The notes beneath the pieces are model-generated. The model ran no database searches. It was not told the origin of the DNA and saw only the letters and a program-made list of their open reading frames with translations. Below, piece after piece: positions 1 to 9,288 of a stretch of DNA of 32,928 bases. Positions within the stretch are counted from its first letter, which is position 1. Each line of letters opens with the position of its first letter. Origin of the DNA: an uncultured Bacilli bacterium (GTDB lineage Bacteria; Bacillota_I; Bacilli_A; RFN20; CAG-288); NCBI GenBank assembly GCA_934700375.1, contig CAKUXT010000002.1, positions 1 to 32,928 of the forward strand. The letters are read 5' to 3'. The position numbers were made by a program, and so were the translations under genes.

Positions 1-1728
1 GATTTTCTCTGTCAGCTGTTTTTCAGTGAGTTTGCCATCGTAATCGATGTTCTCGCAGGCTTCGATGATCTGATAAGGGAAGACATTCTTGCTTGCGACC
101 AAAAGGAGCAGGTCATCGGCATTTTCGCAGTGGAACGTATCAAGGACTTTCTTGGTATAAAGCTTAGAAGGATCGATTGTGATTTTTCTTTCTCTCAGCG
201 AGTCGATGATCGTCTGTCTTCCGCGTTTTAAGGCCTCTTCTTTGACATAATCAAAATTCTGTTTTGCCAGATACTTTCTGATCTTGCTTCTTGCAAAGTT
301 GGTATGTGCAATATTGAGCCATTCGGAGTTCGGAGAGGCGTTTTTATTGATGATGGCTTCGACAATATCACCGGTTTTCAAATTAGTAGAAAGCGGTACC
401 AATGTGCCGTTTACTTTCGCTCCCTGAAGGTGATCGCCTAAATCCGAATGGATTCGATAGGCAAAATCGATAGGGGTAGAACCATTGGGAAGACAGATGA
501 CATTCCCTTTCGGTGTAAAGACATAGACATTGGCATCAAAGATGTCATGAGAGAGCGTATCGACATATTCTTTGGCAGTGGAATCCTTGCCTTCATCGGA
601 CATGGAGACGAAATCCTTGAACCAGTGAAGCTGATTCTCAATCTCTTCCTGTTCCTTCTTGGCATCGTAATGGCTACCCTCTTTATATCGCCAGTGGGCA
701 GCGACACCGCCCTCTGCCGTTTCATCCATCTGCTTTGTTCTGATCTGGATTTCAAAGACATGTCCGGTAGAGGTAAGAATCGTCGTATGCAAAGACTGGT
801 ACATGTTCGGTTTTGGCATGGCGATATAGTCTTTGAAACGGCCGGGGACCGGTTTGAAATTGGCGTGTACATAGCCTAAGATCTCATAGCAGTTCTGCTC
901 TGTCTCGGTGATGACACGAAGCGCCATGATATCGAAGATCTGATCGAAGGAGTAGTGTTTGTTGTACATCTTCTTGTAGATGGAGTAAACAGACTTTACA
1001 CGATCGGTGATAGAGAAAGGAATCTTGCTTTCAGAAAGGATCTTTGTCAGTTCGGACTTCAATGTTTCCAAAGCGACATGAGCATTCTGAATCGTAGAAT
1101 TCATCTTATCTTCGATGTCTTTGTATTTTTCTGGTTCGATATACCACAAAGAGAGGTCTTCAAGTTCAGTCTGAACATTGTAAAGACCTAAGCGATGTGC
1201 AATCGGAGCATAGACATCAAGTGTCTCTTTTGAGATGCGGATCTGTTTTTCTCTCGGTTGGAACTGAAGTGTCCTCATATTGTGAAGACGATCAGCCAAT
1301 TTCACGATGATGACTCTGACATCCTTTGCCATAGCAACAAAAATTTTGCGATGGTTTTCAGCAGTGAATTCAACATTCTTGTAATCAGAAAGTCTGGTAA
1401 CCTTTGTCAAAGCTTCAACAAGAACAGCGACTTCTTTTCCAAACTCTTTTTCAATCTCTTCCTTGGTTGTCGGCGTATCTTCGATTGTATCGTGAAGAAG
1501 ACCGGCACAGATGGTGATAGGACCGGCCTGAAGTTCAGAGAGAATCTCAGCTACACCGATGCAATGTGAAATATAAGGATCGCCGCTTTTACGGACCTGA
1601 CCCTCGTGTTTCTGATCTGCGAATCGATAAGCTTTTTCAATCAAGGCCAAAGAAGAAGGATCTTTGATGTAGTTGGAGTAGACCTTCTTCACATCCTCGA
1701 ATGTGTAGATGTGATTTTGGATTTTCAT
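1..1728 (-). CDS. relA: Bifunctional (p)ppGpp synthetase/hydrolase, RelA/SpoT family. The C-terminal part runs off the left window edge.
   Basis: This ORF is not in the supplied track because it is open to the window edge. Hand translation of the minus strand from the ATG at 1728 gives MKIQNHIYTFEDVKKVYSNYIKDPSSLALIEKAYRFADQKHEGQVRKSGDPYISHC...LLHDTIEDT (HD hydrolase motif). The synthetase core follows (ILTSTGHVFEIQIRTKQMDETAEGGVAAHWRYKEG), then the TGS domain (VYVFTPKGNVICLPNGSTPIDFAYRIHSDLG). An AGGTGA Shine-Dalgarno lies at 1732-1737. Confidence 0.9.
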   Translation of the reverse strand, partial: MKIQNHIYTFEDVKKVYSNYIKDPSSLALIEKAYRFADQKHEGQVRKSGDPYISHCIGVAEILSELQAGPITICAGLLHDTIEDTPTTKEEIEKEFGKEVAVLVEALTKVTRLSDYKNVEFTAENHRKIFVAMAKDVRVIIVKLADRLHNMRTLQFQPREKQIRISKETLDVYAPIAHRLGLYNVQTELEDLSLWYIEPEKYKDIEDKMNSTIQNAHVALETLKSELTKILSESKIPFSITDRVKSVYSIYKKMYNKHYSFDQIFDIMALRVITETEQNCYEILGYVHANFKPVPGRFKDYIAMPKPNMYQSLHTTILTSTGHVFEIQIRTKQMDETAEGGVAAHWRYKEGSHYDAKKEQEEIENQLHWFKDFVSMSDEGKDSTAKEYVDTLSHDIFDANVYVFTPKGNVICLPNGSTPIDFAYRIHSDLGDHLQGAKVNGTLVPLSTNLKTGDIVEAIINKNASPNSEWLNIAHTNFARSKIRKYLAKQNFDYVKEEALKRGRQTIIDSLRERKITIDPSKLYTKKVLDTFHCENADDLLLLVASKNVFPYQIIEACENIDYDGKLTEKQLTEKI

Positions 1729-1744
1729 AACTCACCTACAGAAT

Positions 1745-2266
1745 TTAATGGCTGTCAGATAAATTGAGAAGGCTTCTGCAAGGAAGTCCGACTGTCTTTT
1801 CTCCGTGCAATTCTTCTAAGTTGATCAAAGTGATGCAGCCGACAGGTACACCGCCTGCTTCTTCGATAAGTTTCTTTAAAGCCAAGAAGGTTCCGCCTGT
1901 GGCCATTAAGTCATCGACCAATAAGACTCTGGAACCCTTGGGGAAGGAATTGGCAGGAATTTCAATGGCTGCTGTTCCGTATTCGAGCTGATAAGAGACT
2001 TTGATCGTTACGCCAGGAAGCTTTCCGGCCTTTCTTGCCATGACAAAGCCTTTGTGCATTTCATAGCCCATGGCAGCGCCGAAAAGGAAAGCGCGGCTTT
2101 CCGGACCGCAGATGAAATCAGGTTTGAATTCTTCGGCTAATTCCGACATATCCTTGATGCAAGATGCAAAGGCGTCAGGATTAGCCAATAAAGGAGAGAT
2201 ATCCTTAAAGGATATTCCCTTCTTGGGGAAGTCCGGTGTCACACCAATATATTTTTCATAATCCAT
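1745..2266 (-). CDS. apt: Adenine phosphoribosyltransferase
   Basis: The ORF 1745..2362 is trimmed to the internal ATG at 2266 (MDYEKYIGVTPDFPKKGISFKDISPLL...). That ATG is preceded by a GGAGGA SD, and the upstream 32 codons have no homology-like content. The PRPP-binding motif VLLVDDLMATGGT is present. The gene sits directly upstream of rel, as in Bacillus. Confidence 0.9.
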   Translation of the reverse strand: MDYEKYIGVTPDFPKKGISFKDISPLLANPDAFASCIKDMSELAEEFKPDFICGPESRAFLFGAAMGYEMHKGFVMARKAGKLPGVTIKVSYQLEYGTAAIEIPANSFPKGSRVLLVDDLMATGGTFLALKKLIEEAGGVPVGCITLINLEELHGEKTVGLPCRSLLNLSDSH

Positions 2267-2296
2267 AGCGTTATCCTCCGATAGATAGATATTTAT

Positions 2297-2305
2297 AGTA
2301 TAACA
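2297..2305 (-). promoter_or_regulatory. Candidate extended -10 promoter element for apt (TGtTATACT on the minus strand)
   Basis: The minus strand reads aagTGtTATACTataaatatctatctatcGGAGGAtaacgctATG. The same 9-mer occurs in front of glyQS. Confidence 0.4.
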
Positions 2306-2348
2306 CTTAACACGCGTTATTTTTTCTAGAGATTTCATCTTCTGGTTG

Positions 2349-2354
2349 TATAAT
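2349..2354 (+). promoter_or_regulatory. Candidate -10 hexamer (TATAAT) for ispH, positioned for a leaderless transcript
   Basis: The sequence is ttgTATAATgaagtcATG: a perfect TATAAT, 6 nt, then the ATG at 2361. No SD lies between them and no convincing -35 is visible. Confidence 0.35.
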
Positions 2355-2360
2355 GAAGTC

Positions 2361-3191
2361 ATGATTTATCTTCTTAAACATTATGGCTTTTGTAACGGAG
2401 TCAAAAACAGCATCGAGATTCTTATAAAGGCATGCAGGGAAAACAAAGGAGTCACTTTGCTTCATCCTTTGATGCATAACGATATGGAAGTAGAAAAGCT
2501 ACAAAGCGAATATCATTTCAGGACTGGAAAAGATGCCGTGCTTTCTTTTGATGCCATTGTTTTTTCTGCGCATGGTCATACAAAAGAAGAGGAAGAACAA
2601 TATCATTCCCATCCTCTTTATGATGCCATCTGTCCCTTACTAAAAAAACGATATGAGATTCTCAATCAGAAGAAAGATATAAAATGGTATTTCTTAGGAA
2701 AGAATAATCATCAGGAAACCATTTCATTCTTATCTCATTTCTCCGATTTGATATTCATTGATTCTGAAGCAAAAAAATTTCCAAAACTGAACCAAGAACA
2801 GACCGGCCTTATTGTTCAGTCTACAATCTCAGAAGAGGTAGCAAAAGAATACGAATCCTATTTCAGAAACAATACATCTCTTATAGCATATATTCCGCCC
2901 TGCCCTGTATATCTAACAAGAAAGCAGGAAGCAATCGATTTCTTCAAAGATCATGATAGCAGAACCTTTGATATCATCGTCTTAGGTTCTAAAACATCAT
3001 CCAACTGCAACGAACTAAAAGAATCATTGAAAAAACTATATCCGTATTGCAATATTCTAAAAGCAAACACAGTAAATGATATCGATATGTCTCTTTTAGA
3101 CAAAGAGAACATTCTTTTGGTTTCCTCGACCTCTATCAGTGAGGAAAGTGTCGACTGTATTTTTGATTATCTAGTCAGAAAGCATGGATAA
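2361..3191 (+). CDS. ispH: 4-hydroxy-3-methylbut-2-enyl diphosphate reductase (IspH/LytB)-like protein
   Basis: MIYLLKHYGFCNGVKNSI matches the IspH N-terminus (GFCxGV, first cluster Cys). Other IspH landmarks are present: HN (LMHNDMEV), FSAHG, the second Cys in DAICPLLKK, H-x-E (NHQET), QST, the third Cys in PPCPVYLTRKQEA, and GSKTSSNCNEL. Start is set at the ATG at 2361; the track ORF begins at an upstream TTG. Confidence 0.75.
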   Translation: MIYLLKHYGFCNGVKNSIEILIKACRENKGVTLLHPLMHNDMEVEKLQSEYHFRTGKDAVLSFDAIVFSAHGHTKEEEEQYHSHPLYDAICPLLKKRYEILNQKKDIKWYFLGKNNHQETISFLSHFSDLIFIDSEAKKFPKLNQEQTGLIVQSTISEEVAKEYESYFRNNTSLIAYIPPCPVYLTRKQEAIDFFKDHDSRTFDIIVLGSKTSSNCNELKESLKKLYPYCNILKANTVNDIDMSLLDKENILLVSSTSISEESVDCIFDYLVRKHG

Positions 3192-3209
3192 TGCGAAAGT
3201 TTAGACATT

Positions 3210-3244
3210 AAAAAAAGCAGCCCTACAATCTTGTAAGACTGCTT
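3210..3244 (-). terminator. Intrinsic terminator after the sigma-paralog gene (end of the dnaG-sigA-trmK-nif3-sigma string)
   Basis: AAGCAGCCCTACAA-TC-TTGTAAGACTGCTT is an imperfect 14-bp hairpin with 2 mismatches. On the minus strand it is followed by TTTTTTT. The plus-strand side has only a weak T-tract. Confidence 0.5.
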
Positions 3245-3265
3245 AAAAATACATTGATACAACAA

Positions 3266-4195
3266 CTAAGAGAGCATCTCTCTCAGTTTTGCTTTTGCCT
3301 CTTCTTCGATCTGTCTGACACGTTCAATAGAAAGATTGAGCTTGACAGAGAGTTCACGCAATGTCCAAGGGGTAGAGCCATCTTCAGGATAGCGGTGAGA
3401 AATAATGAAACGCATCGTCGGAGTCAGGCTTTCTGTCGCCTTAGCTAATTTTTCGATAAGCTCTTGTCTCTCGCTAGCTTCCTGCGGATTCATCTCATCG
3501 CTAGGAACAGCAGCAATCGTTCTCTTGTCATTATCAATATCAGGCCTTTCATCGATTGTCTTGACATCGATGTTTTTGAAAACAAGGCAGTTTTCTTCAA
3601 TGTCTTCAGCAGTCAACCCATTGTGAAGATATTCTGCGACTTCTTCATAACTAGGATCTGTTGCATTTTTCTTCTTCAGTTCATCGATGGCCTTTGTGAT
3701 AAGCCTGTGGCGGTCCAGAATCTGCTGAGGGACATGGATCATTCTGGAACTGTTGTTCAAGAAAGCGAACATGGCTCTTTTGATATAGGTCACAGCAAGG
3801 GTAGAAAAAGCATAGCCGCGAGTAGGATCAAAATCCTCAATCGCTTTGGATAAGGCCTGAGAACCCTCTTGGATCAGGTCCATTTTCAAGCCACGCGTTC
3901 CGCCCTCTTCTGCATTGAAGACAGCCTGAGAGGCGATCTCATTAGCGTATTTGATGACAAGGCGGATATTTCCTTCGACAATCTCGTCTAACAGAGCAAT
4001 TTTGTCTTCCTCATCTGCCGCCTTGTACTCTTTCAGTTTTTCCAAGTTCTCTTCTTGTGTGAACTTTGGATAAAGGCGGATGGAATCCATGAACATCTGA
4101 TAAGCATCTTTCCCTTTGATAGAAGAGCCGTTATCTAAATCATCTATGTCTAAATCTTCTTCTAATTCTTCATCATCCAGTTTTTCTTTAGCCAT
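3266..4195 (-). CDS. Sigma-70 family RNA polymerase sigma factor, a second full-length RpoD-like paralog
   Basis: Regions 1.2, 2, 3 and 4 are recognisable by alignment to the SigA in this window. Examples are IVEGNIRLVIKYA, DLIQEGSQALSKAIEDFDPTRGYAFSTLAVTYIKRA and TLRELSVKLNLSIERVRQIEEEAKAKLR. Start is set at the ATG at 4195 (MAKEKLDDEE), preceded by AAGGAGGAAG. Confidence 0.8.
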   Translation of the reverse strand: MAKEKLDDEELEEDLDIDDLDNGSSIKGKDAYQMFMDSIRLYPKFTQEENLEKLKEYKAADEEDKIALLDEIVEGNIRLVIKYANEIASQAVFNAEEGGTRGLKMDLIQEGSQALSKAIEDFDPTRGYAFSTLAVTYIKRAMFAFLNNSSRMIHVPQQILDRHRLITKAIDELKKKNATDPSYEEVAEYLHNGLTAEDIEENCLVFKNIDVKTIDERPDIDNDKRTIAAVPSDEMNPQEASERQELIEKLAKATESLTPTMRFIISHRYPEDGSTPWTLRELSVKLNLSIERVRQIEEEAKAKLREMLS

Positions 4196-4215
4196 AAAAC
4201 TTCCTCCTTTCATCC

Positions 4216-4986
4216 TTAACGAATATCGAAATATCTTTCAAAAGCGAAACAAGAGAGATCAAGAGAAGGAGAAATCATCTCTAATGCTTCTTTCATGCCT
4301 TTAAGGAAACCGAGCTCCTCAACTTCATGCGGAAGCTCAATATAGTTGATGCCATATCTTCTCATCTCCAGTCTTGTATGATGAGGACAGTCTCCGGAGA
4401 GATAGCAGTCGGCACCTAAAGAAAGGGCATCGAAATAAGCAGAGGAATCGCCGCCTGCAACCAGTGCAATCTTTTCGATTTCCGTCTTTTCTCCTTTAAG
4501 ATAAAGAAGGAACGGAAGATTCAATTTTGCTTTCATATCATCGACAAGTCCTTCGATCGTCATTTTCTTTTCAAGGGCAGCTAATCTCATCAGACCATCA
4601 TCTGCCACCTTGATTCTCTTCATTTTAAGGATGGAAAGAAGGGTATCATTCATGCCGTTTTCACCTTTATCATAATCGGTGTGATAGGAGTAAAGCGGAC
4701 AATCCAGTTTTTCAATCTCCTGTGTCAGGTAGATTTTCTTGGCATCTGTAGAAAGGACATCTTTTTTCTTTCCGAAGAAGAAAGGATGATGCGTAAGGAT
4801 AAGATCAGGTCTATAGCGGTTTGCTTCAACAAGAACATCTTCTGTGAAGTCAAGGCAAAGCAAAACCTTGTTGACTGTTCTTTCCGGATGTCTTACACCG
4901 CACTGAAAGCCAGGAAAATCCCATACTTCAGAAGAGGAGGGCGGAAAGAGCTTATTGATATGGCGGATCAATGAACGTTCATTCAT
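4216..4986 (-). CDS. Nif3-family dinuclear metal-centre protein (YqfO/GTP cyclohydrolase 1 type 2 homolog)
   Basis: The N-terminus [30 protein letters not shown], the LILTHHPFFF motif and a C-terminal GDCPHH/ELPH pattern are typical of NIF3. The position after trmK matches the Bacillus sigA-trmK-yqfO order. The ATG at 4986 overlaps the trmK stop (ATGAATGA). Confidence 0.8.
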   Translation of the reverse strand: MNERSLIRHINKLFPPSSSEVWDFPGFQCGVRHPERTVNKVLLCLDFTEDVLVEANRYRPDLILTHHPFFFGKKKDVLSTDAKKIYLTQEIEKLDCPLYSYHTDYDKGENGMNDTLLSILKMKRIKVADDGLMRLAALEKKMTIEGLVDDMKAKLNLPFLLYLKGEKTEIEKIALVAGGDSSAYFDALSLGADCYLSGDCPHHTRLEMRRYGINYIELPHEVEELGFLKGMKEALEMISPSLDLSCFAFERYFDIR

Positions 4987-5635
4987 AATAGCGTAATCCT
5001 TTCTCGATGTTATCGATTTCCTCTTCTTTCTTTTCTCTGACATCTTCAGGAAAAGAGAGAAGACGTTCTTTCTCTTTGAGAAGATGCTCTTTCAAAAGAG
5101 AATCTTTCTCTCTTAAAGGAAGAATGCAGTAAAGAAGTTCAAGAGGAGTATACTCCATCTTCTTATCTTCTTTTTTTAGAAGCAGAAGCGGATAATATCG
5201 TTTTTCGAATACGTATTTTCCTTTTACGACATTATAGTTGAGATTCAATAGATATTCTAAAGGCAAAAGATAATCGCTCTGCGGTTCAATCAGAATATAG
5301 TTGATCTGACTGAGCTTTTCCTGATGCCTATGAAGAATATCATAGATTGTATTGCCGCCCATTCCCATCATTGAAAGAAGTGTGACATCAGAAGGAAGAA
5401 TGTCGATGCCATCTGTGAAGATGCATTCAAGGGAATAGTCCTGACATTCCTTCATCGTGTTTTCTTTCAATGCGGAAAAAGGTCCTTTTTTATTTTCGCT
5501 CGCATAGACTTTAAACCCGTTTTTGGCAAGTTCTTTTGCAAGCAAGCCCCTATCAGCGCCGATGTCCATAATAACCTCGCCGCTAGGGATCATACTAAAT
5601 GCGTCAAAAAGACGCGAAGATAGATTACTGGTCAC
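4979..5635 (-). CDS. trmK: tRNA (adenine22-N1)-methyltransferase TrmK
   Basis: The [37 protein letters not shown]-terminus (SAM-binding DIGxD) fits TrmK, as do the size and the position after sigA. It has a GTG start overlapping the sigA stop by 11 nt, so the start is less certain. Confidence 0.7.
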   Translation of the reverse strand: MTSNLSSRLFDAFSMIPSGEVIMDIGADRGLLAKELAKNGFKVYASENKKGPFSALKENTMKECQDYSLECIFTDGIDILPSDVTLLSMMGMGGNTIYDILHRHQEKLSQINYILIEPQSDYLLPLEYLLNLNYNVVKGKYVFEKRYYPLLLLKKEDKKMEYTPLELLYCILPLREKDSLLKEHLLKEKERLLSFPEDVREKKEEEIDNIEKGLRYYE

Positions 5636-7130
5636 AGAAATCCTTTAAGAGTTTGCTTCTTGCAGGGTGACGAAGCTTCTTCAAAGCCTTGGCTTCAATC
5701 TGACGAATACGTTCTCTCGTGACATTGAATTCCTTGCCGACCTCTTCAAGTGTATGAGTGCGGCCATCTTCGAGACCATAACGGAGACGGATGATACGAG
5801 CTTCCTTTTCAGTCAGCTGACCGAGAACCTCATTGATTCTCTCTGTTTCCATAGAACGATTGGCATATTCATAAGGAGAGATGTTGTCCTTGTCTTCGAT
5901 GAAGTCTCCGACATGGCTATCCTCTTCTTCGCCGACCGGCTTTTCAAGAGAAAGCGGATCGAGCGCAATCTGTTGAATATCACGGATCTTGCTAGGAGAC
6001 AATGTTCCACCAAGCTCCTCAGAGATTTCTTCAGCTGTAGGATCGCGATTGTATTTCTGAACGAGTTTTCTGGTAGCTCTTGTAATCTTGTTGATGGTTT
6101 CAACCATGTGAACAGGAATACGGATAGTTCTTGCCTGATCGGCCAAAGCTCTTGTGATGGCCTGACGGATCCACCATGTGGCATAAGTGGAGAACTTAAA
6201 GCCTCTGGTATAATCGAACTTATCGACAGCCTTCATCAAGCCGAGGTTTCCTTCCTGAATGAGGTCAAGGAAATCCATACCGCGGTTGACATAATGCTTC
6301 GCAATAGAAACGACAAGCTTCAGGTTGCACTGAATGAGCTCATCTTTTGCATCCTGATCGTGCTCTAAAACACGTTTGGCAAGCTCAACTTCTTCTTCCT
6401 TGCTTTCAAGGACCTGATAAGCGCCGATAGAGTGGAGATACTGTCTGACAGGATCAGCATTCTTCACATCTGTAGCGGCATAATAATCTTCATCGTCGTC
6501 ATAATCAGGCTCTTCCTTATCGAAATCGTCGTCGGAAGAGAAATCGTCATCATCCTCGACAGGATCAAGAACTTCATCATCAAGATTCTCGCTATCGGAA
6601 TGAAGGTTATTCTCCATCAGGAAATCCTGAAGTTCGACAAGATCGTCATCAGACAATTCGAACTTAGAAATATATTTATCGAATTCGGTCTGTTTATAAA
6701 CGCCGTTGTTCTTTTTGCCGATATCCAAAAAGTGCTGCTTGATATCATCAAGACCGATGAGTTCCTTGTTTTCATTGGCGAGTTCGGCAATTGTCTTTTT
6801 GCCCTTCTTGCCCTTGGACTGCTCTTTGTTCTTCATGACAAATTCATCGATATCTTCATCCATGATGATATCGTCCTGAATTTCATTTTCCTGAACAGGA
6901 ACCTTTTCCTGAATCTCTTCGATATCAGAAAACTCTTTCTTGGCAGTTTTCTTCTTTGCAGGTTTCTTAACAGGCTTTTCTTCTGCTTTACTCTTGATGT
7001 CTTCATCGGCAACAGGCTTTTCAACAGCTTTCTTTTTTGCCTTCTTCGGTTTTTCCTGCTTGACAGCCTCAGTCTCTTCGCTTACGACTGTCTCTTTTGC
7101 TTCTTCAGGTTTATTCGTTGTTTTTTTCAT
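5625..7130 (-). CDS. sigA: Primary RNA polymerase sigma factor SigA/RpoD with a long N-terminal extension
   Basis: Canonical regions are present: [11 protein letters not shown] (1.2), [56 protein letters not shown] (2.x), [13 protein letters not shown] (3.0) and [30 protein letters not shown] (4.2). Start is set at the ATG at 7130 ([10 protein letters not shown]). Confidence 0.9.
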   Translation of the reverse strand: MKKTTNKPEEAKETVVSEETEAVKQEKPKKAKKKAVEKPVADEDIKSKAEEKPVKKPAKKKTAKKEFSDIEEIQEKVPVQENEIQDDIIMDEDIDEFVMKNKEQSKGKKGKKTIAELANENKELIGLDDIKQHFLDIGKKNNGVYKQTEFDKYISKFELSDDDLVELQDFLMENNLHSDSENLDDEVLDPVEDDDDFSSDDDFDKEEPDYDDDEDYYAATDVKNADPVRQYLHSIGAYQVLESKEEEVELAKRVLEHDQDAKDELIQCNLKLVVSIAKHYVNRGMDFLDLIQEGNLGLMKAVDKFDYTRGFKFSTYATWWIRQAITRALADQARTIRIPVHMVETINKITRATRKLVQKYNRDPTAEEISEELGGTLSPSKIRDIQQIALDPLSLEKPVGEEEDSHVGDFIEDKDNISPYEYANRSMETERINEVLGQLTEKEARIIRLRYGLEDGRTHTLEEVGKEFNVTRERIRQIEAKALKKLRHPARSKLLKDFCDQ

Positions 7131-7195
7131 TCTGTCACACTCCAAAATCATTATTAAAAATATTCTTCTGTTTTCAAGGAAATAAAGGAAAGTTA

Positions 7196-9277
7196 TTAGA
7201 TTTTTCCGCTGTTTTTCCTAATGAGACCTTTCAGTCTGAAGATCTCGATTTCATCTTTGCTGTCACTGACACCAGATAAATTCTTCTTGCCATCAAGCCT
7301 ATCCCAGAGCACATAGTAGGGATGAAGGACTAGATTGTTTTTGAATGTATCCATATCGAAACAATCATCGCTAAGCTTCTCGATACCGGATACAAAATCA
7401 AGAAGGAAAGCTTTCTCTTTCTCGTCCATCTCGACATAAGGAGAAGAGTCATCCATCTCATCATCAAAGATGCCTAAAGGATCATCATCGTTGTCTTTTT
7501 CATTCTCAGCATCACCCTTGTTCTTCACTTCCTCTATCGCTTTTCTTAAAGCATCATAATCAAGGGCAGTGAACGGTTCTTTGTTTCCAGGGTGGCGCAA
7601 GTATTCATCACCGATCAGATTGACTAGCTTTGCAAAGGGTTCGAAGACAAAATCAGTTCTTGAACTTTGCAGTTGAACAAAGGCCTCATACGAATGGGTA
7701 AGAACGATGACAAGAGAGCATTCGTTATCGATCAACAAAGGCAGTGTGCCACCGGCTGCAGCATTGTTCTTTGCCATCTCGGTCAAAGAAAGAAGCATAT
7801 CGCTCAGCTGATATTTATCGCTCCATGTGCAATGGATATTATTGGCTTCAAGAGGAACAGTACGTTTCCTGAAGCTTCCATTCTTCTTATACGGAACAAA
7901 ATCGTTAGGCCTTTCAAAACTAGAGTCAGAGCTCTGATTTTGATTTTGTCTGATGGTTGGTGTAATATTGGTAAGGACTTTCTGCAGTGTCTCTTTGCTC
8001 AAAGAGCAGACCTTGGAAAGAAGTTCTAAGTCCCTTGCTTTTGAGATATCATCAAGCGCTGCAAAATACTTGCAGTTGTTTCGTAAGAAGGTCTGTATCT
8101 CGACAGAGTCGCTAAGCATATTGCGATTCTTCAAGGTGCGCCTTAAAAAGAAGAGGAAGGGATCATATAGACGATTCAATTGGTCAAGAAGATCTTTTTC
8201 GCCGTTTTCTTTTCCGTTTGTCAGGACTTCATCAGCATCTTTTCCGGTCTTGAACTTTCTGACGATTCTAAAAGGAACACCGTTTTTCAGCAAAGCTTCA
8301 GCAGCTTTTTCTTCGCCGAGCTGACCAGGTTCATCGCTATCTAGACAAAGTCTAACTTCAACGCCTAGATTCTTCAGTGCATTGATATGTTCCTGTGTCA
8401 AAGCAGTTCCCATCGTGCCGCAAACTGCAAACAAGCCAGCCCTACACACAGCGATGACATCCATGAATCCTTCGACAATATAGATGTAGCCTTTTCTTTT
8501 TGCATCTTCTTTGGCCTTGGAAAAATGATATAGGATTTCATTCTTCTTAAAGAGAAGCGTCTCAGGATAGTTGATGTATTTCGAAGGGCTTTGTTCCTTT
8601 TTCAGAACACGGCCTGAGAAAGCAACCAAGTGTCCATAATTATCCCTGATCGGAAACATGATTCGATGGAAGAAGCGGTCCTCCAAAGTCGAAGAAGCGG
8701 ATAGGATACCGGCTTTTGACAAGGTTTTGACATCGTAGCCCTGTTTTCTTAAGGCTTCGATGATCGTCTTCGGATCATCAGGAGCATAACCGATACCGAA
8801 GTGAGAGACGATCTCTTGCGAAAGACCTCTCTTCTCAAGATATTCTTTTCCTTCCGTTCCGGATTTGCTCTGCAGAACAAGCTGATAGAATTTATCGGCA
8901 TCTTCAAGCGCCTTCAGTTCGTTTGGATAGTCTTTTTCGATCTGAGGAACAAAACGTTCCGTATTCAAGTCAGAGGGCAAAGGAATCGAACAGATATCAG
9001 CAACGATCTTCAGCGCCTCAATCGGTCTCACGCCCTTATACTTTTTGACAAAGTCAATCGGTCCACCCATAGAACCGCAGGCAAAACAATGGAAGTTATT
9101 GCGTTCCGGATTCACCTGCATGGAAGGATCGGTATCATTGTGGAAAGGGCAGATTGCCTTATAGATTTTTCCGTGCTTATGAAGATTGTTAAAACCCAAA
9201 AAGGCGGATACCACCTTAACGATATCCGCTTTTGAGTCGACTGTTCTGAAGATGCTTTCTTGTTGCTTATTAGCCAA
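7196..9277 (-). CDS. dnaG: DNA primase DnaG
   Basis: The zinc-ribbon motif is [26 protein letters not shown], and the TOPRIM region is [10 protein letters not shown]...[13 protein letters not shown] start at 9277 lies 7 nt after an AAGGAG SD that overlaps the glyQS stop. Confidence 0.9.
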   Translation of the reverse strand: MANKQQESIFRTVDSKADIVKVVSAFLGFNNLHKHGKIYKAICPFHNDTDPSMQVNPERNNFHCFACGSMGGPIDFVKKYKGVRPIEALKIVADICSIPLPSDLNTERFVPQIEKDYPNELKALEDADKFYQLVLQSKSGTEGKEYLEKRGLSQEIVSHFGIGYAPDDPKTIIEALRKQGYDVKTLSKAGILSASSTLEDRFFHRIMFPIRDNYGHLVAFSGRVLKKEQSPSKYINYPETLLFKKNEILYHFSKAKEDAKRKGYIYIVEGFMDVIAVCRAGLFAVCGTMGTALTQEHINALKNLGVEVRLCLDSDEPGQLGEEKAAEALLKNGVPFRIVRKFKTGKDADEVLTNGKENGEKDLLDQLNRLYDPFLFFLRRTLKNRNMLSDSVEIQTFLRNNCKYFAALDDISKARDLELLSKVCSLSKETLQKVLTNITPTIRQNQNQSSDSSFERPNDFVPYKKNGSFRKRTVPLEANNIHCTWSDKYQLSDMLLSLTEMAKNNAAAGGTLPLLIDNECSLVIVLTHSYEAFVQLQSSRTDFVFEPFAKLVNLIGDEYLRHPGNKEPFTALDYDALRKAIEEVKNKGDAENEKDNDDDPLGIFDDEMDDSSPYVEMDEKEKAFLLDFVSGIEKLSDDCFDMDTFKNNLVLHPYYVLWDRLDGKKNLSGVSDSKDEIEIFRLKGLIRKNSGKI

Positions 9278-9288
9278 ATCAATACTCC

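Noticed and set aside
2267-2362. Upstream in-frame extensions of several track ORFs: apt to 2362, recO to 11536, nif3 to 5043, sigA to 7151, the sigma paralog to 4213, thrS from 19240, the C39 gene to 14485, and yceD to 23982.
   Set aside because: In each case an internal ATG, or an SD-backed start, aligns with the expected family N-terminus. The extensions overlap the upstream gene or lack an SD.
5667-7157. Two plus-strand ORFs of 233 aa and 241 aa (5667-6368 and 6432-7157) antisense to sigA.
   Set aside because: They mirror a strongly biased, repetitive (K/E/D-rich) coding region. The products are Leu/Phe/Ile-rich and look like nonsense sequence. Neither has an SD.
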